In this document: piece by piece, positions 49,333-61,865 of the stretch | Layout: each line of letters starts with the position of its first letter | Position numbering within the stretch: position 1 is the first letter of the stretch | Origin: Macrostomum lignano | Lineage: Eukaryota | Reading direction: 5' to 3' | NCBI GenBank assembly: GCA_002269645.1 | Contig: NIVC01000774.1 | Location: 1 to 64,000, forward strand | DNA length: 64,000 nt | Notes under the pieces: model-generated | What the model saw: only the letters and a program-made list of their open reading frames with translations | Databases searched by the model: none | Told to the model about the DNA's origin: nothing | Position numbers and translations under genes: made by a program

Positions 49333-49969
49333 TATTTACTTAAAATATTATTTTCATTGGCTTTTAATGAGCATCAGCAAACTAGAAAACAATAATATAA
49401 TATTCAGAAAGTATGGGCACCTCAGCACATCATTTTCATTCACACTAATTATTATTTAACAGTAGTCACATGAGCAAGTGTAATTTAAATATTTATTTTA
49501 TACGACAGTACTATCACGGCATTGCGAAATCGAATATCACAGGCTACACGCGCTATTATTCAGCAGTATTGTATGTCGGATACTTATAAAAGTTACTGAC
49601 AAGAATTAAAAAGTGCAAATTGTACTTGTGTAAGAGTGCAACCAGCCTAGAAAATTTTAGGTTCAAGTACCAACTCCAGTAGAAGGATTGAGCTTGATTT
49701 CTTAGACTTTTTAAAGGTTCGAACATAATTTATTTGGATACTTGTTTTGTAAAACCGGCCCTCAATTCTTTTCTAAGAAACTAATAGACCCGTCCTTCCA
49801 CTTAAGTCGTGCTTGGAGAAAAAGCTGTCCAAAGGCTTGTAATGAAGTTTTGGTCTGGCTGTTGGATTTGACACTAGCTCGGTACAGGCTTGAATGGCAC
49901 AATAAATCAGTATCACATTAATCGCATTAAACCATGCGGCCATCACAAATGTACAGTAGACATAGTGCA

Positions 49970-52900
49970 TCACCGATAGCCATGGTAGTCGAGGTAACGG
50001 TAGGAGTCGGCCGCCATCAGCGCATTTGCCAACGCCTGCGATTTGCGCGAGCGCCTCAACGCCAGCCGGGTGATCCGGGCCCGCTGGCGCTCCAGCTTCT
50101 CCTCCTGACGGCGCTGCTCCTCCTTCCTGCGGAGCCATCTGGAATGGGGAGGGGAGGTGCAAGGACCACTGCGTCATCTGCTTCAATTCCAGTCCAAGTG
50201 TTGTCCAAGGACCACTAGTGCGCAACTATGTTAATCAGAGTTTAAAAACCTGGGTTTTTTAAGCGTCACAATTACGGTGTCGTTAATTAAAAAAGTTTTG
50301 ATACTTCAAATAATTATGCATTCTAGTTAAAATGCGGAGCTTGTATTAAATGGCTTGGAAACAACTAGGTGCCAATTTCAAATTCAGGATGCATATGTAC
50401 GAAAGTAGGACCAGCTCTGCACTGCATTAGGAATGCACGATGGCAGTTGTGACCCTGCGGTCTCAGCCCCCACCGTAGCCGCATCGTTTCCATGTGCGTG
50501 TTTGCATGTAACCATGCGTGTGTTTGCATGTAACCATGTGCGTGTTTGCATGTAACCATGCGCGTGTTTCCATGTAACCATGTGTGTTTGTTTCCATGTG
50601 ACCATGTGTGTTTGTTTCCATGTGAACATGTGTGTTTGTTTCCATGTAACTATGCGCGTGTTTCCATGTAACCATGCGTGTTTTGTTTCCATGTAACCAT
50701 GCCCGTGTTTCCATGTAACCATGCGTGTTTTTCCATGTAACCACGAATACTCGGCCCTGCTCACTGCTTGAACGCCCGCCTGCAGTCCTCCTGCGAGTGC
50801 TGATCCGAGCCGCCTCTGCTGCCGGCCTCCTCTGCCTCCGGATCTTCGCCCCGTCGCCGATGCTCCCGCTTGGCTGCCAGCCACTGCTCAAAGCTTATCC
50901 GGTCTTTCTCGCCGTCCCGTTGGCGTCGTCGTTCCTCCTCGTCGCGCTCCGCCTGCTCCCGTTGGCGCCGCTCGTCCTCAGCTTTCTGACGCTTCCGAGC
51001 CAGCCAGGACTGATAGGCGGCCTCGTTGTCCTCCGGTGACTTGTCGTCGGCAGACTTGGCGGAGGCCTGCCGCTGCCGCTGCCGCTGCTCGGCTTCGGTT
51101 CTCTGCTGCTCCCGCTTCCGTCGCAGCCAGGCGTCGAAAGCGGCCGAGTTCTCGCGCCGCCGCTCCTCGTCCTGTTCGTCTCGACGTCTCTGCTCCTCCG
51201 GACGGGCGGCCTTGGCGCTGCCGGCCCGATTGTTCTGCTGACGGTCCCCGCCGCCGCCGCCTCTTTGCCGATTCGCGGTTGACGAAGCCTTTGGTTGAGA
51301 TTGAGTTTGGTTGCTCAGTTTGTTGAAACTTATGCGGTTGCTATGCGGATGGGACATACCAAGGACTCCTCAAGTAGAAGGATGGGAACTACGTTTCTTG
51401 GAAAATGTTATTAGGCAGGTTTACCGAAAAATACATTAGGGATATAGGAGGTTTTCATTTGTTCAGCATAAAGTTTGTTTTTGCTTTTGATAGGAGGCAG
51501 ACCCAGTATTCATCTTTTAATATGACTTGCCTGTCTCAAGGTTCTACTGATATTTACAAAGTTTTTCGTTTAGAAAATTAGAATTCTATGTAAATTTTAT
51601 ATCCTACGTACACGTCGTATACCTTAAAATTATAAAAATGGCACATCTCGACTCGTTGGTTCTATGAATCTACTTTATCATTACGAGCTATGTAGAACAT
51701 TTTGTTACTACGATTACAAGTAGAATATAAAACTAACATGAAAAATAAAAACCCCCTTTCTCCGTAATGTATTGTTTTCGGTAAAACCTGCCTCCTAAAA
51801 TTTCCCAAGAAACGTAGTTTTCCGTCCTTCTATTTGAGTGGATGGATTTGGAGGGGAGTTGGATGGTGGGATTGGGGTCATGGAATTCAGCTGATGTATT
51901 TCAGGGAATGGAATTCCGGTGATGGGAGTTCTTCCCCTTTCTCCTCCAAAGGAGGAGTTCTACTCGTACTACTATAGTACTTCTTACTAAACGACGGCCT
52001 CCGCATGGGTTCGGCAATGCTATTGGTGCAGTGTTGAATCACTCAGCGACTTACCGACTTCGCCCGGGAATTCCTGCCGGGCTTGGCGCCCTCGCCGGAC
52101 TCTTCATCGTCGCTGATGTCGAACGCTTCGTCAGCCTCCACGTCGCTCTTGTTGACGTAGCGAATTTTTCCGTCGTTAACCACCACGACCTTCTTGGAGC
52201 GGGGCGAAGAGTCCTGATCGCCCCCTGACGTAGAAGAATTCCTCGCCTCTTCCGGGTCCGCGCCTTCGGAGTCCGTGCCGCGTTCGGGAGGTGGCGCCGA
52301 CTCGTTTTCCGGAGTGGTTGGCGCCACCTGCGGTTGCAGCAGCGTGGTGCTTAATGGTATTTTGGTATGATCTCTGGGGTGAAGAATTAAAGTAAAGATG
52401 ATGCACAACAACAAGTTTATCAAGCCATTTTTTCCAAAATGCTACCGGAGACCGGCAAGCAAGCGAAGCTCCGACGAAATTTCAATCTATCTCTTTAGTG
52501 TATTTTTTCGAACGAAATCGTCTATGGCAGAAGCTCTGCGCGTCAACGGTCAAACAAATTGAATGGCCTTACCTGTACGATATTCTCGCTGAACCGGATG
52601 CGCGGCTTCCGGCCGCCAGCCTGGCCGTCGTCTTCTTGCGGCGCCGGCTCGTTTTCCAGACGGGCGTTCAGCTGTCCGAGGCGGGCCCGCGTCTCCTCGT
52701 AGTCCGGCGCCGGGTCTGCAGTGGATAGTTCCGGATTTTTCCGGATTTATTTTTCTAATCAGCAGTTCAATAAAAAAATCTGAATGTCTTAATTCACTCA
52801 AGTTAGGTTGCAATTACTTTTTATTCATTTTAATGATATAGGCGATAATTTCAAATCTAACATTCAATAGAACATGTGGCCCTAAAATGGCCTAAATTGT

Positions 52901-53477
52901 TCTTTTTTATTATTTTCAAATGCACAACATCGAAGGGTATGCGCAGAATGATAGCCAACAAAGATCTATAAAGATATTTTCTAATCAATTATTAAAGAAT
53001 CGATAATATGTGCAGAATGATAGCCAACAAAGATCTATAAAGATATTTTCTAATCAATTAATAAAGAATCGATAATATGTGCATATATACACCGTATTCA
53101 GAGCACAGAATAAAACAAACATCTTATCAAGTTAGTTAACTGTCAGTACTCATACAATAAATCAATAATTAACCTTTTTAAATGTGTTAAGATATAAAAG
53201 AAGGATTGGCATGTTTTGTGCTTGTCGATCATTAAATACTTACCCATTAAGAGCTGATAAAATTCTGCATCTTTTTCTTCTGCAATAAAAAAGCATTCAT
53301 TTTGGTCCATGATCCAGAATGCATCTGTGAGTTAGTAAGCCATATTGAAATAGCCAGCTTAAACTCACCATTCCAGTCTTCAGGCTCTGTTTGCTGAAGG
53401 CGTTCTATTTCAGCTGTTGTTGACTTTGGGTCCCCTTTGCTATCTTGATCTACTTGATGATCCTCTGAGTCTAACAT
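49970..53477 (-). CDS. CCDC181: CCDC181-like coiled-coil protein; exons 53477-53369, 52715-52573, 52327-52055, about 51290-50765 and 50138-49970
   Basis: LGQLNARLENEP..RIRFSENIV, KKVVVVNDGKIRYVNKSDV, RRENSAAFDAWLRRKREQ and RRAFKQ|WLRRK..RITRLALRRSRK parallel vertebrate CCDC181 blocks as I recall them. The splice phases are consistent. The 5' boundary of exon 4 and the start codon are uncertain. Confidence 0.7.
50483..50742. repeat. About 22-bp minisatellite in the last CCDC181 intron
   Basis: The unit is TTTCCATGTAACCATG(C/T)G(C/T)GTG. Confidence 0.92.
51369..51838. mobile_element. 470-bp MITE with about 70-bp imperfect terminal inverted repeats, inside a CCDC181 intron
   Basis: The left end CTCAAGTAGAAGGATGGGAACTACGTTTCTTGGAAAATGTTATTAGGCAGGTTTACCGAAAAATACATTA matches the reverse complement of the right end (TAATGTATTG..AAACCTGCC..CCAAGAAACGTAGTTTTCCGTCCTTCTATTTGAG). 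No clear TSD. Confidence 0.8.
51851..51959 (-). repeat. Dispersed repeat, copy B (inverted relative to 11336-11440)
   Basis: The reverse complement reads AACTCCTCCTTTGGAGGAGAAAGGGGAAGAACTCCCATCACCGGAATTCCATTCCCTGAAATACATCAG. Confidence 0.75.
52943..53083. repeat. 69-bp tandem duplication in CCDC181 intron 1
   Basis: GCAGAATGATAGCCAACAAAGATCTATAAAG... occurs at 52943 and 53012. Confidence 0.92.
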
Positions 53478-54663
53478 TTGTAATTTTGCTGTAATATAAA
53501 ATTACTTTAAAATTGGCAAGCCTTCAAGTCAAATTTTACTAATCATTTGAGAAAGTGGTGATGGATACAAAAGGACAAATTTAAAGAAATGCTATGGTTT
53601 CACAGATATCAAAATACTCAGTAGCCCTTTCAACCTGACATCTCACATGCACATTGTAGCTTCTATAGTACTGTCTAACTCATGTATGAAAATAAATTCA
53701 TATTAAGATTTATACTATACATAGTATTTAAATAAATTGACTACTTTTAGACAGATTGGATAAGAAAGGCATTCAATATTAGCTAGCATCCTCTTTTGTA
53801 GACTCTAGAACATATGCTTTAAATATATCATTTATATAGATTGTCAGTTACTAGCTTTAATAAAGTATATCACAAGTTTAACTTAAACAAAAATGCACAT
53901 GAACAACTTTAAGGAAAAAATCACTAATTTATAACTTTGAACAAATAATTTTGAAGCTAGATAGGCCTATGTTTAGCATCTATTTTCATTTTTTGTCATT
54001 GCATTTTCAATTAAGCAGAAATTTTTTCTATGGATCCTTGACAATCAAGATAAATAAATGCTAAAAATTATACCTGTACGCCTAGGCTTATTGATAAGCA
54101 TATCCAACTATTAAGCCTTTAAAACGATTTAGCAGTTACTGTTTTTATTTTTTACCCAGCTGCTGCAATAAAGGTATTTGATCAAAAGCTTTTGTATTTT
54201 TAATTCGGTGGCGTTTCAGCAACTAAACTCTTCATAATTATTTTCTAAAGCAATTGATAGCCACAGAAATATATTGTACACAAAGCTATATATACAATAC
54301 ATACACATTATACATATACATATATCGTTATGTATCACATGAAGAAATTATTTGTAAACATTATACGATTAAGATCATTTAAATTTATTTCACTTAAAGC
54401 ATTATTTGAAATTATTCCAGTGTCACGTCGAACGCGTTGCTATGGTTTTCTCATGAAGTCGCATTTAACGAGTTTTGAAAAAACGCAACGTGTACCTACA
54501 TCATAGTAGAATATAATATTTTGTGTGAATTTTTCTTACTTTCTGTATCATGCATTTTTATTTTACACAGGCATTGCAGTTGTTTTTGTTTCCTACTTAA
54601 TTAGTTAAGATGGTTCTTACCCTCATAATTCTAATAGTGCTAAATACGTTTACAAGAAATACT

Positions 54664-55090
54664 ATTCTGTATAGGGGCGTCGCTACCGGGGGGCGACAGG
54701 GGCAGGGGGGGGGGCATGCAAAATGCTTTGCCCCCCACCCAACCTTGTAACCTGTTATGGAAATCAATATTTTTGCTTCAGGGCGACAAAACATAGTAGC
54801 CGAAATAAGTGCCTGCAGCGCTAAAAATGAGTTCCCGCAGTGCGAAAATTAAGTGCCTGCGGCGCCAAAATGAGTGGCTGCCGCGCTAAAATTAGTGCCT
54901 ATGGAGCCAAAATGATTGTGCCTGCGGCGCCAAAATGAGAGTGCTTGCGGTGCCAAAATGAGCGCTGACAACACTGATTCAGAAAATACGCTCGTAATTA
55001 ATGTAACATGCATGTAGGAATTTATTAGTCATGTACATGTAGAATTCTTGGCTTTGCCCCGCCCACCATAAAATCCATGGTCAACGCGTA
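54664..55090. mobile_element. MITE-like element with a G-run terminus and internal 20-22-bp repeats
   Basis: It starts AGGGGCGTCGCTACCGGGGGGC. Internal AGTGCCTGCGGCGCCAAAATG repeats lie at about 54810-54965, and GCTTTGCCCC recurs near both ends. Confidence 0.4.
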
Positions 55091-55099
55091 TTATTATTT

Positions 55100-55301
55100 A
55101 ATGTTCAAAAATTGTGATTTTTTTCAATGATAACATAAAATCTGAAAAGATAACCAATTTTTTATGGTTGGTGTCGTACCGAATCTGGTACTCTTAATAT
55201 ATGGGTGTCCGGGTGTGAAGAGGTTTTTTAAAAATATACGTTAAACCCGGCCGGTCGATCGATCCACTCAGCTTTATATTTAATTATATATAATTAGAGA
55301 T
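55100..55301 (+). mobile_element. HINE-like 3' end, related to 12372-12423
   Basis: CGTTAAACCCGGCCGGTCGATCGATCCACTCAGCTTTATATTTAATTATATATAATTAGAGAT. Confidence 0.45.
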
Positions 55302-55748
55302 GCTATTGAGCAAACCGCAGCGACGCGTAACATGTACAATCGTATATGCATGGACAAGGGACTGCATACAGCTCATTCTAAGATCAAGGAAGAACCCTAT
55401 TATAGAGACCCAAGCTGCATGGTTACCCTTATTGAGAAAAGGTGCCATCTAAAAATCCAAAATGATTTAGTAGAGTGAATTTTGTCATGCATTGTTGTGT
55501 CTATTAATTAATAGCAATTACGCTGGACCTTTTGAAGCCTTTATATTCACATCTAACAGCATGCACTGTACACTTACAAGCGCAAGTTAAGTGAGCAGCA
55601 GTTTTACAGTTGTAATTCATCATGTTCACTGGCTTACTTTTCTTTTGTTTTATTGACTCATTGACATTAGTAAATATATTCTTAATCAGTATAGTCTGAA
55701 TAAATTGTAACAAACTGGGCTGGTCTCTAGAGTCAACATAGTCTTTCC

Positions 55749-56234
55749 TTAATTTATGATGCTGAGACACGAACTATCACTTCTTTCGCTTTCTTTAACA
55801 AAGCCTTTTCCAAAAATCAGCCAGTTCTTCACGTCCATCTTGCTGAGGTCCATCGGCTTCATTTCGGGATCCTTCATGTTGCTAGCCAATGCCGTTAGAT
55901 TGAATCCCTTCGGCTTACTCTGGCCGGTCTGTTGCAGCAGCATCAGCCTCTCCTGGTACAGGATGATCTCACGCAGCATCTGGCTGATGTTTGGGTAGCC
56001 GTGACTCTCCTTGCGCTTAAATATGCACTCTTTATTCACGTAGACGTCAAACGTGCCAAAGTCGTCAGTCTCGTAGCCGTCAATGTTGACATCCCAGAAG
56101 TGCTTCATCACGGCGCTCCTAATTGCGTAGAATGCCACTACATTTGGCTGAATTCCACAGAATCGAATCTCGATTCGCAGTGGTTCCTTCTTCTGCGGGC
56201 CCTTTGGGGCGTCGCTTTGTCTCGTGGTGGACAT
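55749..56234 (-). CDS. Rdx-family (SelW/SelT/MIEN1-like thioredoxin-fold) protein, intronless, 161 aa
   Basis: IEIRFCGIQ..GTFDVYVNKECIFKRKESHGYP matches the Rdx pattern (I..Cxx[C/U]..G.FEV.V...IFSK...G.P), with a unique C-terminal extension. Confidence 0.65.
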   Translation of the reverse strand: MSTTRQSDAPKGPQKKEPLRIEIRFCGIQPNVVAFYAIRSAVMKHFWDVNIDGYETDDFGTFDVYVNKECIFKRKESHGYPNISQMLREIILYQERLMLLQQTGQSKPKGFNLTALASNMKDPEMKPMDLSKMDVKNWLIFGKGFVKESERSDSSCLSIIN

Positions 56235-57726
56235 CGAATTTCGTTTTTGCGAAGTCGAATAGTCGGTTTTTACGAATTAATTAATTGCTGCATGCAGCTA
56301 CGTGTGAGTTTGCAGGCATCTCTCATGTTCCCAGAGACTGAAATTATTTCTAAAAGTGCATAATTTGGGTACATTCAAAACCAAAGACAAAAAATGCTAA
56401 ATAAGTCATAACAATCGATTAATGTATAGAATATGTGGTAAAAGCAATTTTTAAACTCCCTGGCAATTTTGGGGTTGAATTTTACGAAGCACGTTCTGAT
56501 TACGGGACAAAAACAAGCTAGCAAACCAGTGGTTTTGCCAATAGTGATTTTATACGAAGCGACGTGGTTAAGTTAACTATCAATCCAGATTAAACCATGA
56601 GTTACATGTTGGCATATTGTATGATGGTATATGCTCTATGCTTCTAATGATGCTATATGTTCATGTTTGCATGGCTATTGATAAATGCTAAAGAATTTGA
56701 AATATGATCTGACACTAATGTTGGGTAAAGTCAATATTTATAACGCTCGTATTTAACTATTTTACATATAAATAGAACGAAAACAGTAGCAGAACAGACT
56801 TGAACAGAAACAGCAGACGTACTTGCGTACAGCAGGTAGTTTCATAGTTTATTCCATTTAGTTAATTCAGTTACACTGAGCCTGTCAGTATCCGTTGATT
56901 ACCATCCTGACCAGACACCTCGGTACAAATTAAGCTGAAGCTTCTTAAAGCACAAATAAAGAACAATAAAGAACATAAAGAACAAATTAATCTGTTCTGC
57001 TACCGTTCACTGTCATATCATCAGCAAAGTGCCAGTAGTTGCAGGTAAAGTCTCTCAATCTTTGTGAGTGACGCAACTTAGCTACGCCGCGGCAGACTTG
57101 AGTTGAGGAATGAAGTGGGGGAAGCGGTGTGCGAGGGTTGAACAGATTCAAAGCTACTCCTCAGTTTTCTCACATTTTTTATTTTAGAATACTCCAAGAG
57201 AAATTTCTCTTGGAGTATGCTACTGCCCTGGCTTAACTGTTTAATTCTACACGTACTCAGTTTTTTGTTTAATAAACATGTTGTTTATGGCCTTTGCCTA
57301 GTTTTACCGATAACTAAGCTGATATACTGGCTAATTTAGCTTGCCGTTGCATGGCAGACATGCCTTAGTTAATGTACATGTATTAATGCTTTAATATCAC
57401 GAGTTATACCATTTATAGAGCACACTTAAGAAGCAATGAAATATCTTTATATTTGTAATCATGGATACGGTATACATTAGCATGTAAAAAGCAAGTCCTG
57501 GATCGCGATCATCACGGGTTCCGGAGTCCCGTTCGCAAGCATCTGGATCGCATTCTTGATATTCAGAATGAGGTCTGAAGAATTAGACTAAGACAACTGT
57601 GGTACACTCGGCCTATCCAAATTTCGCTTCCAAATGCAACACCGCTTTAGATTTGTTGTCAAATTCCTAACAGTCTCATATTTGTTTGTTTGTTTATTAA
57701 TACTAATTGGAAGTATTGCAATACTA

Positions 57727-57953
57727 CTCAAGTAGAATTTTCTTGGAAAATTTTAGGAGGCAGATTCTACCGAAAATATTGAGATAGGAGGTTTTTATTT
57801 TGCAGCACAAAAATTGTTTTTGCTTTTGATAGGAGGCAGACCTAATGTTTATCTTTTGATATGTTGTGCCTTTCTTATAGCTCTATAGATATTCATAAAA
57901 TTAAGCTTTTCGTTTCGAAAATTAGAAATTTATGTTAATTTTATATCCTACGT
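57727..57953 (+). mobile_element. Truncated second copy of the 51369-51838 MITE
   Basis: CTCAAGTAGAA..TTCTTGGAAAAT..GATAGGAGGTTTT..TTGTTTTTGCTTTTGATAGGAGGCAGACC..TTTTATATCCTACGT is colinear with the left half of the first copy. Confidence 0.8.
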
Positions 57954-58174
57954 CCAAGTACCTGTCCTATACAAGATAAAGAAATTTAGCCCTATAAACA
58001 CCGATCTCATTATAAGTGCATTTTAAAGTGAAATGGGACCTACCAAGGTGTTTTTTATATGATTTTCAATTGTTGTGTCCTCTTGATACCTTTTGGTGGT
58101 CCTTGGAAGCCGGACCTGGATGACGGTCCGAGCCAAGGACCAGTCAACCCCCCCCCCTGTCTCCGCTTCAAGGT

Positions 58175-58741
58175 TCACATGATGAAGCAGCGCCAGCCGC
58201 TCCTTCCCAGCTCCTTCTTGCCGGGCGGTCCGCGGCCCAGCCTGGCCGCCTCCTCGAACACGGCGCAGACTCCGTCCTGAGTCAGGGCGGAGCACTCCAG
58301 GTAGCGCACCGCTCCGATGTCCTTGGCCATCGCCATTCCCTGCAGCCGGCTGATGCACCGGCCAGGCGGGCTGTCCTGCCGCCGGAGGTCCAGCTTGGTG
58401 CCAACCAGCAGCAGGGGGGCCAGCGGGCAGAAGTGGCGAACTTCTTTCACCCATCGGTTGCGCGCGTTCTCGTAGCTGGCCGGCTCAACCAGCGAGAAGC
58501 AGATGATGATGACGTCAGTCATGGGGTAGACCACGGGCCGCAGGCGGTCGTATTCGCTCTGGCCGGCCGTGTCCCACAGGCTGAGAGCGCAGACAGCCCC
58601 GTCGAGGTTGATGATGGTGGAATAGTTGTCAAACACTGTGGGGATGTGGTCGGCTGGGAAAGCATTGCTGACGTAGCAGATCATCAGGCTGGTCTTGCCG
58701 ACCTCGCCGTCGCCAACGACTACCGCCTTGATGGTGTCCAT
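58175..58741 (-). CDS. Rac/Rho-family small GTPase, intronless, 188 aa, CaaX CFIM
   Basis: G1 GDGEVGKT, switch [10 protein letters not shown]3 WDTAGQ, G4 TKLD, G5 ECSAL, a Rho insert and a CaaX box. Confidence 0.93.
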   Translation of the reverse strand: MDTIKAVVVGDGEVGKTSLMICYVSNAFPADHIPTVFDNYSTIINLDGAVCALSLWDTAGQSEYDRLRPVVYPMTDVIIICFSLVEPASYENARNRWVKEVRHFCPLAPLLLVGTKLDLRRQDSPPGRCISRLQGMAMAKDIGAVRYLECSALTQDGVCAVFEEAARLGRGPPGKKELGRSGWRCFIM

Positions 58742-59897
58742 TTGGCTAGCGGCTGCTGCTGGTTCTGCTGCAGCAATTGAATAATTGGCTTTCAGCGCCG
58801 TTTTTCCGTTGTTTTCAGTTTTGTTTTACTTCGAGAGAGGATTTCTGTGCAGTAAGCTTGTGGCTTATTAGAGTGAAAATGAACTTATTTAGCAGGCAGA
58901 CTGCAGGCTAAGGATGCCACTGCGATCAGATATTTAAACTCTATCTTTGGTCAGTGGCGGTTAGCTGAGTTATTAAAACTGCAGCTTACAAGTGGGTGGC
59001 TGTGGGTGCTGCACGATCCGCCTCAGGCTGTGTTCTAGTCGCCCCCCTCCCAAGAGGCAAATCAAAAATGCGATTTATTTTCACTGTCTTCCCTCGCGAC
59101 CACCCGCCACCCAATCCAGCCAAACAGAGCTGTGGCGCATTGCCAGTGTGCATGGTGACAGCCATAATTCGCTTGGGGCATCGCATATGCACAGCTGCAC
59201 CGCTTTTTGCTTGACGATGTTTATCGCCAGATACACGTAATACCAGCCTGTGCCTGTGTCTGCACCATGTAATATTGAGAAATTAAAGGACAAATTGCTT
59301 TTCTATGAAATGAAAAATCAATGGATTATATAAGTTAGAAATGTTTATTTTAATATAGTTAATATTTCGATGATTATTCAAGAAAAAATTAGAATATAAT
59401 TATAATAATTGAATGGGCAACTCAGTACATTTGCGTGTAAGCTACTTTCAGTTCAGTAGCGAGTTTAAATAGAAGCATTTTAACGTATTTTAAGACAAGG
59501 CCCTCGGACCCCCAGCGGAACCCCAGCTGTGTGGAAGGACCCCCAGCGAATCTTTCCACACAAAATCCTCGGTGTTGCAGCCTAAAGCTGGCATGTACAT
59601 TCTCAGTGGCTCTGTCTGGCTAATGTACATTACGGCTGCACCAATAGCCAGTTGTTTGCGTCTGCGAGTAACTCCAACTGCTTGTCTTCATAAAATAGCT
59701 TGCGCATTCTTCCTTACTACTGAGCTGAAAGTAGAGAAACTGCTGTATGCCTAGGCAATACATGTATAAGCATTAACATCAGCAACAATGCATTACAACG
59801 TGTGCTTCAAACTACGAGCGTAATAAATACTTTAACCACCACGATTTCAAGCATTACAGGTAAACCTAGTACACCTCCGTAACTTTGTACATGGTCC

Positions 59898-60613
59898 TCA
59901 ATGGCAGCCCTCAATGTGCATCTGCATGTGCTTCAGGTAGACTCTGGGAACGAAGCCGGGCTCGCCCAGTCTGTGCAGCTGATTCACCAAGCACTTGCCG
60001 CAGTAGGGGCTCACTGGCGGCCGCTCTCGGGGACAGTCGTTGCTGTCGCACACGTGCCGGTGCAGCTGCTGCTCCCGCATCGCCTGGCTGGTCTGGCGCT
60101 TCCACTTTGTCCTGCAAGCGGAACCAATTAAAACGACTTGGTTTCAATGGTGGCCCAAAAGAGAGAAGCCTCAATTATCTGCTGTGACTCTCATCGGCAT
60201 TCTCACCTGCGGTTCTGATACCAAGTCTTCACCTGAGTCTCAGTCAGCTCCAGCTGCTCTGCAATGTCAGCCCTGTCAGCCACGCTCAGGTACTTCTGAC
60301 AGTGGAACCGGCGCTCCAGAAACTGCAGCTGCGAGTGCGTGAAGGCCGTCCGCCGGCGGCGTTTGCCCGCACCGCCGCCACCGTCGGCAACTCCGTCGAC
60401 ATCCGCGTCGTCTTCTGCCTCCGCATCGGCTGCATCGGCATCGTCCGCGGTGTCAGCCGGGCCGGGGACGTCGCTATGATGGTTGGAGTCCTCCTCGGAC
60501 TTAAGAATATTTCGCATTAGGAAAGACTGTCCACCGCAGACGCTGGTAGTTGACTTCTGCGGCTTCCCGACGTCTCTGCCGACTTCCTCTGCTGGCGTCG
60601 CCTTGTCCGCCAT
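59898..60613 (-). CDS. NK-like homeobox gene of the Bari/BarH type; exons 60613-60207 and 60111-59898
   Basis: eh1 motif SFLMRNIL. The homeodomain [51 protein letters not shown]|RTKWKRQ has the Bar-type WYQNRR. A 95-bp phase-2 GT-AG intron joins the exons. It is closest to insect Bari/CG11085 as I recall that sequence (unverified). Confidence 0.88.
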
Positions 60614-61307
60614 TTTCTTTGAGGCGAAGCGAGGCGTGCGACGAGGCGAGCCTTTATATCAGCGAGCCGCCTTGTGGCTCATTATCGCGTCATTTCTCCC
60701 GGCGCAAATATTCGTGTTTTCCCTTCCGCCAAAGCATTTTACCGCCATTCATGCGACCGGGGCCTGCTAAGTAACAAGATCACACGGCCTGGCAGCGCTG
60801 AAGAATGGCTGAGCAGCCCTCCAGGCGCCTTTAACGCCTGCTGAAAGGGAAATTATTAAGGCAGCGAAAGCGGCCTGGCTAGCAAATTGTGCCAGTTCCA
60901 ACGGGCCCTCGCCATTGGCCCGCCTGGCAGTCAATTTTCTCGGTGGCACAATGCCTGCAGGGTACAAGCCCCAGTTCCCGTGCGAGCCTCAATTTCCCCT
61001 ATTTGGTGTCGAGTTATGGAAGTGAGCGGCTTTCAAATTGGCCGCCGAGTGTTAAATAAATGCCCACTTGAGCGGAAGCTGCTTGCTTCGCTTGGCGAGG
61101 ATCGGTTGCGCTGGACAATGAAATCTGCGGTTATTGGCGAGCACAGAGGAGTATAGCGAGTGGCTTAGGGCCGCCAAAGTGGATGGCAAAGTTGATTTTT
61201 GTTCAAAAGCGAAGTCCGGATTCCTCGCTAGACAGCTTATCTTTAATCTGAGGCGTTGAATATAGCTTGAAATTGCAAGCACTTTGGCTACAGAACTGTA
61301 TGGCATA

Positions 61308-61865
61308 ACAGGCTATGACTGTAGCAGCGTAGGTTATGACTGCTGCAGAGTAGGTTATGACTGTAGCAGAGTAGGTTATGACTGTAGCAGAGTAGGTTAT
61401 GACTGTAGCAGAGTAGTTTATGACTGTAGCAGAGTAGCTTATGACTGTAGCAGAGTAGGTTATGGCTGTAGCAGAGTAGGTTATGACTGCTGCAGAGTAG
61501 GTTATGACTGTAGCAGAGTAGGTTATGACTGCTGCAGAGTAGGTTATGACTGCTGCAGAGTAGGTTATGACTGTAGCAAAGTAGGTTATGACTGTAGCAG
61601 AGTAGGTTATGACTATAGCAGAGTAGGTTATGACTGTAGCAGAGTAGGTTATGACTGCTGCAGAGTAGGTTATGACTGTAGCAGAGTAGGTTATGACTGC
61701 TGCAGAGTAGGTTATGACTGTAGCAGAGTAGGTTATGATTTCTGAAGAGTAGATTATGATTTCTGAAGAGTAGGTTATGATTTCTGAAGAGTAGGTTATG
61801 ATTTCTGAAGAGTAGGTTATGACTGTAGCAGAGTAGGTTATGATTGCTGAAGAGTAGTAGGTTAT
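61308..61865. repeat. 21-bp minisatellite (about 26 copies), with about 2.5 stray copies at 62510-62560
   Basis: The unit is GTAGGTTATGACTG(T/C)(A/T)GCAGA. Confidence 0.96.

Noticed and set aside
55749-56234. Selenoprotein (Sec-encoding TGA plus SECIS)
   Set aside because: There is no in-frame TGA; the Sec-equivalent position is CAG.
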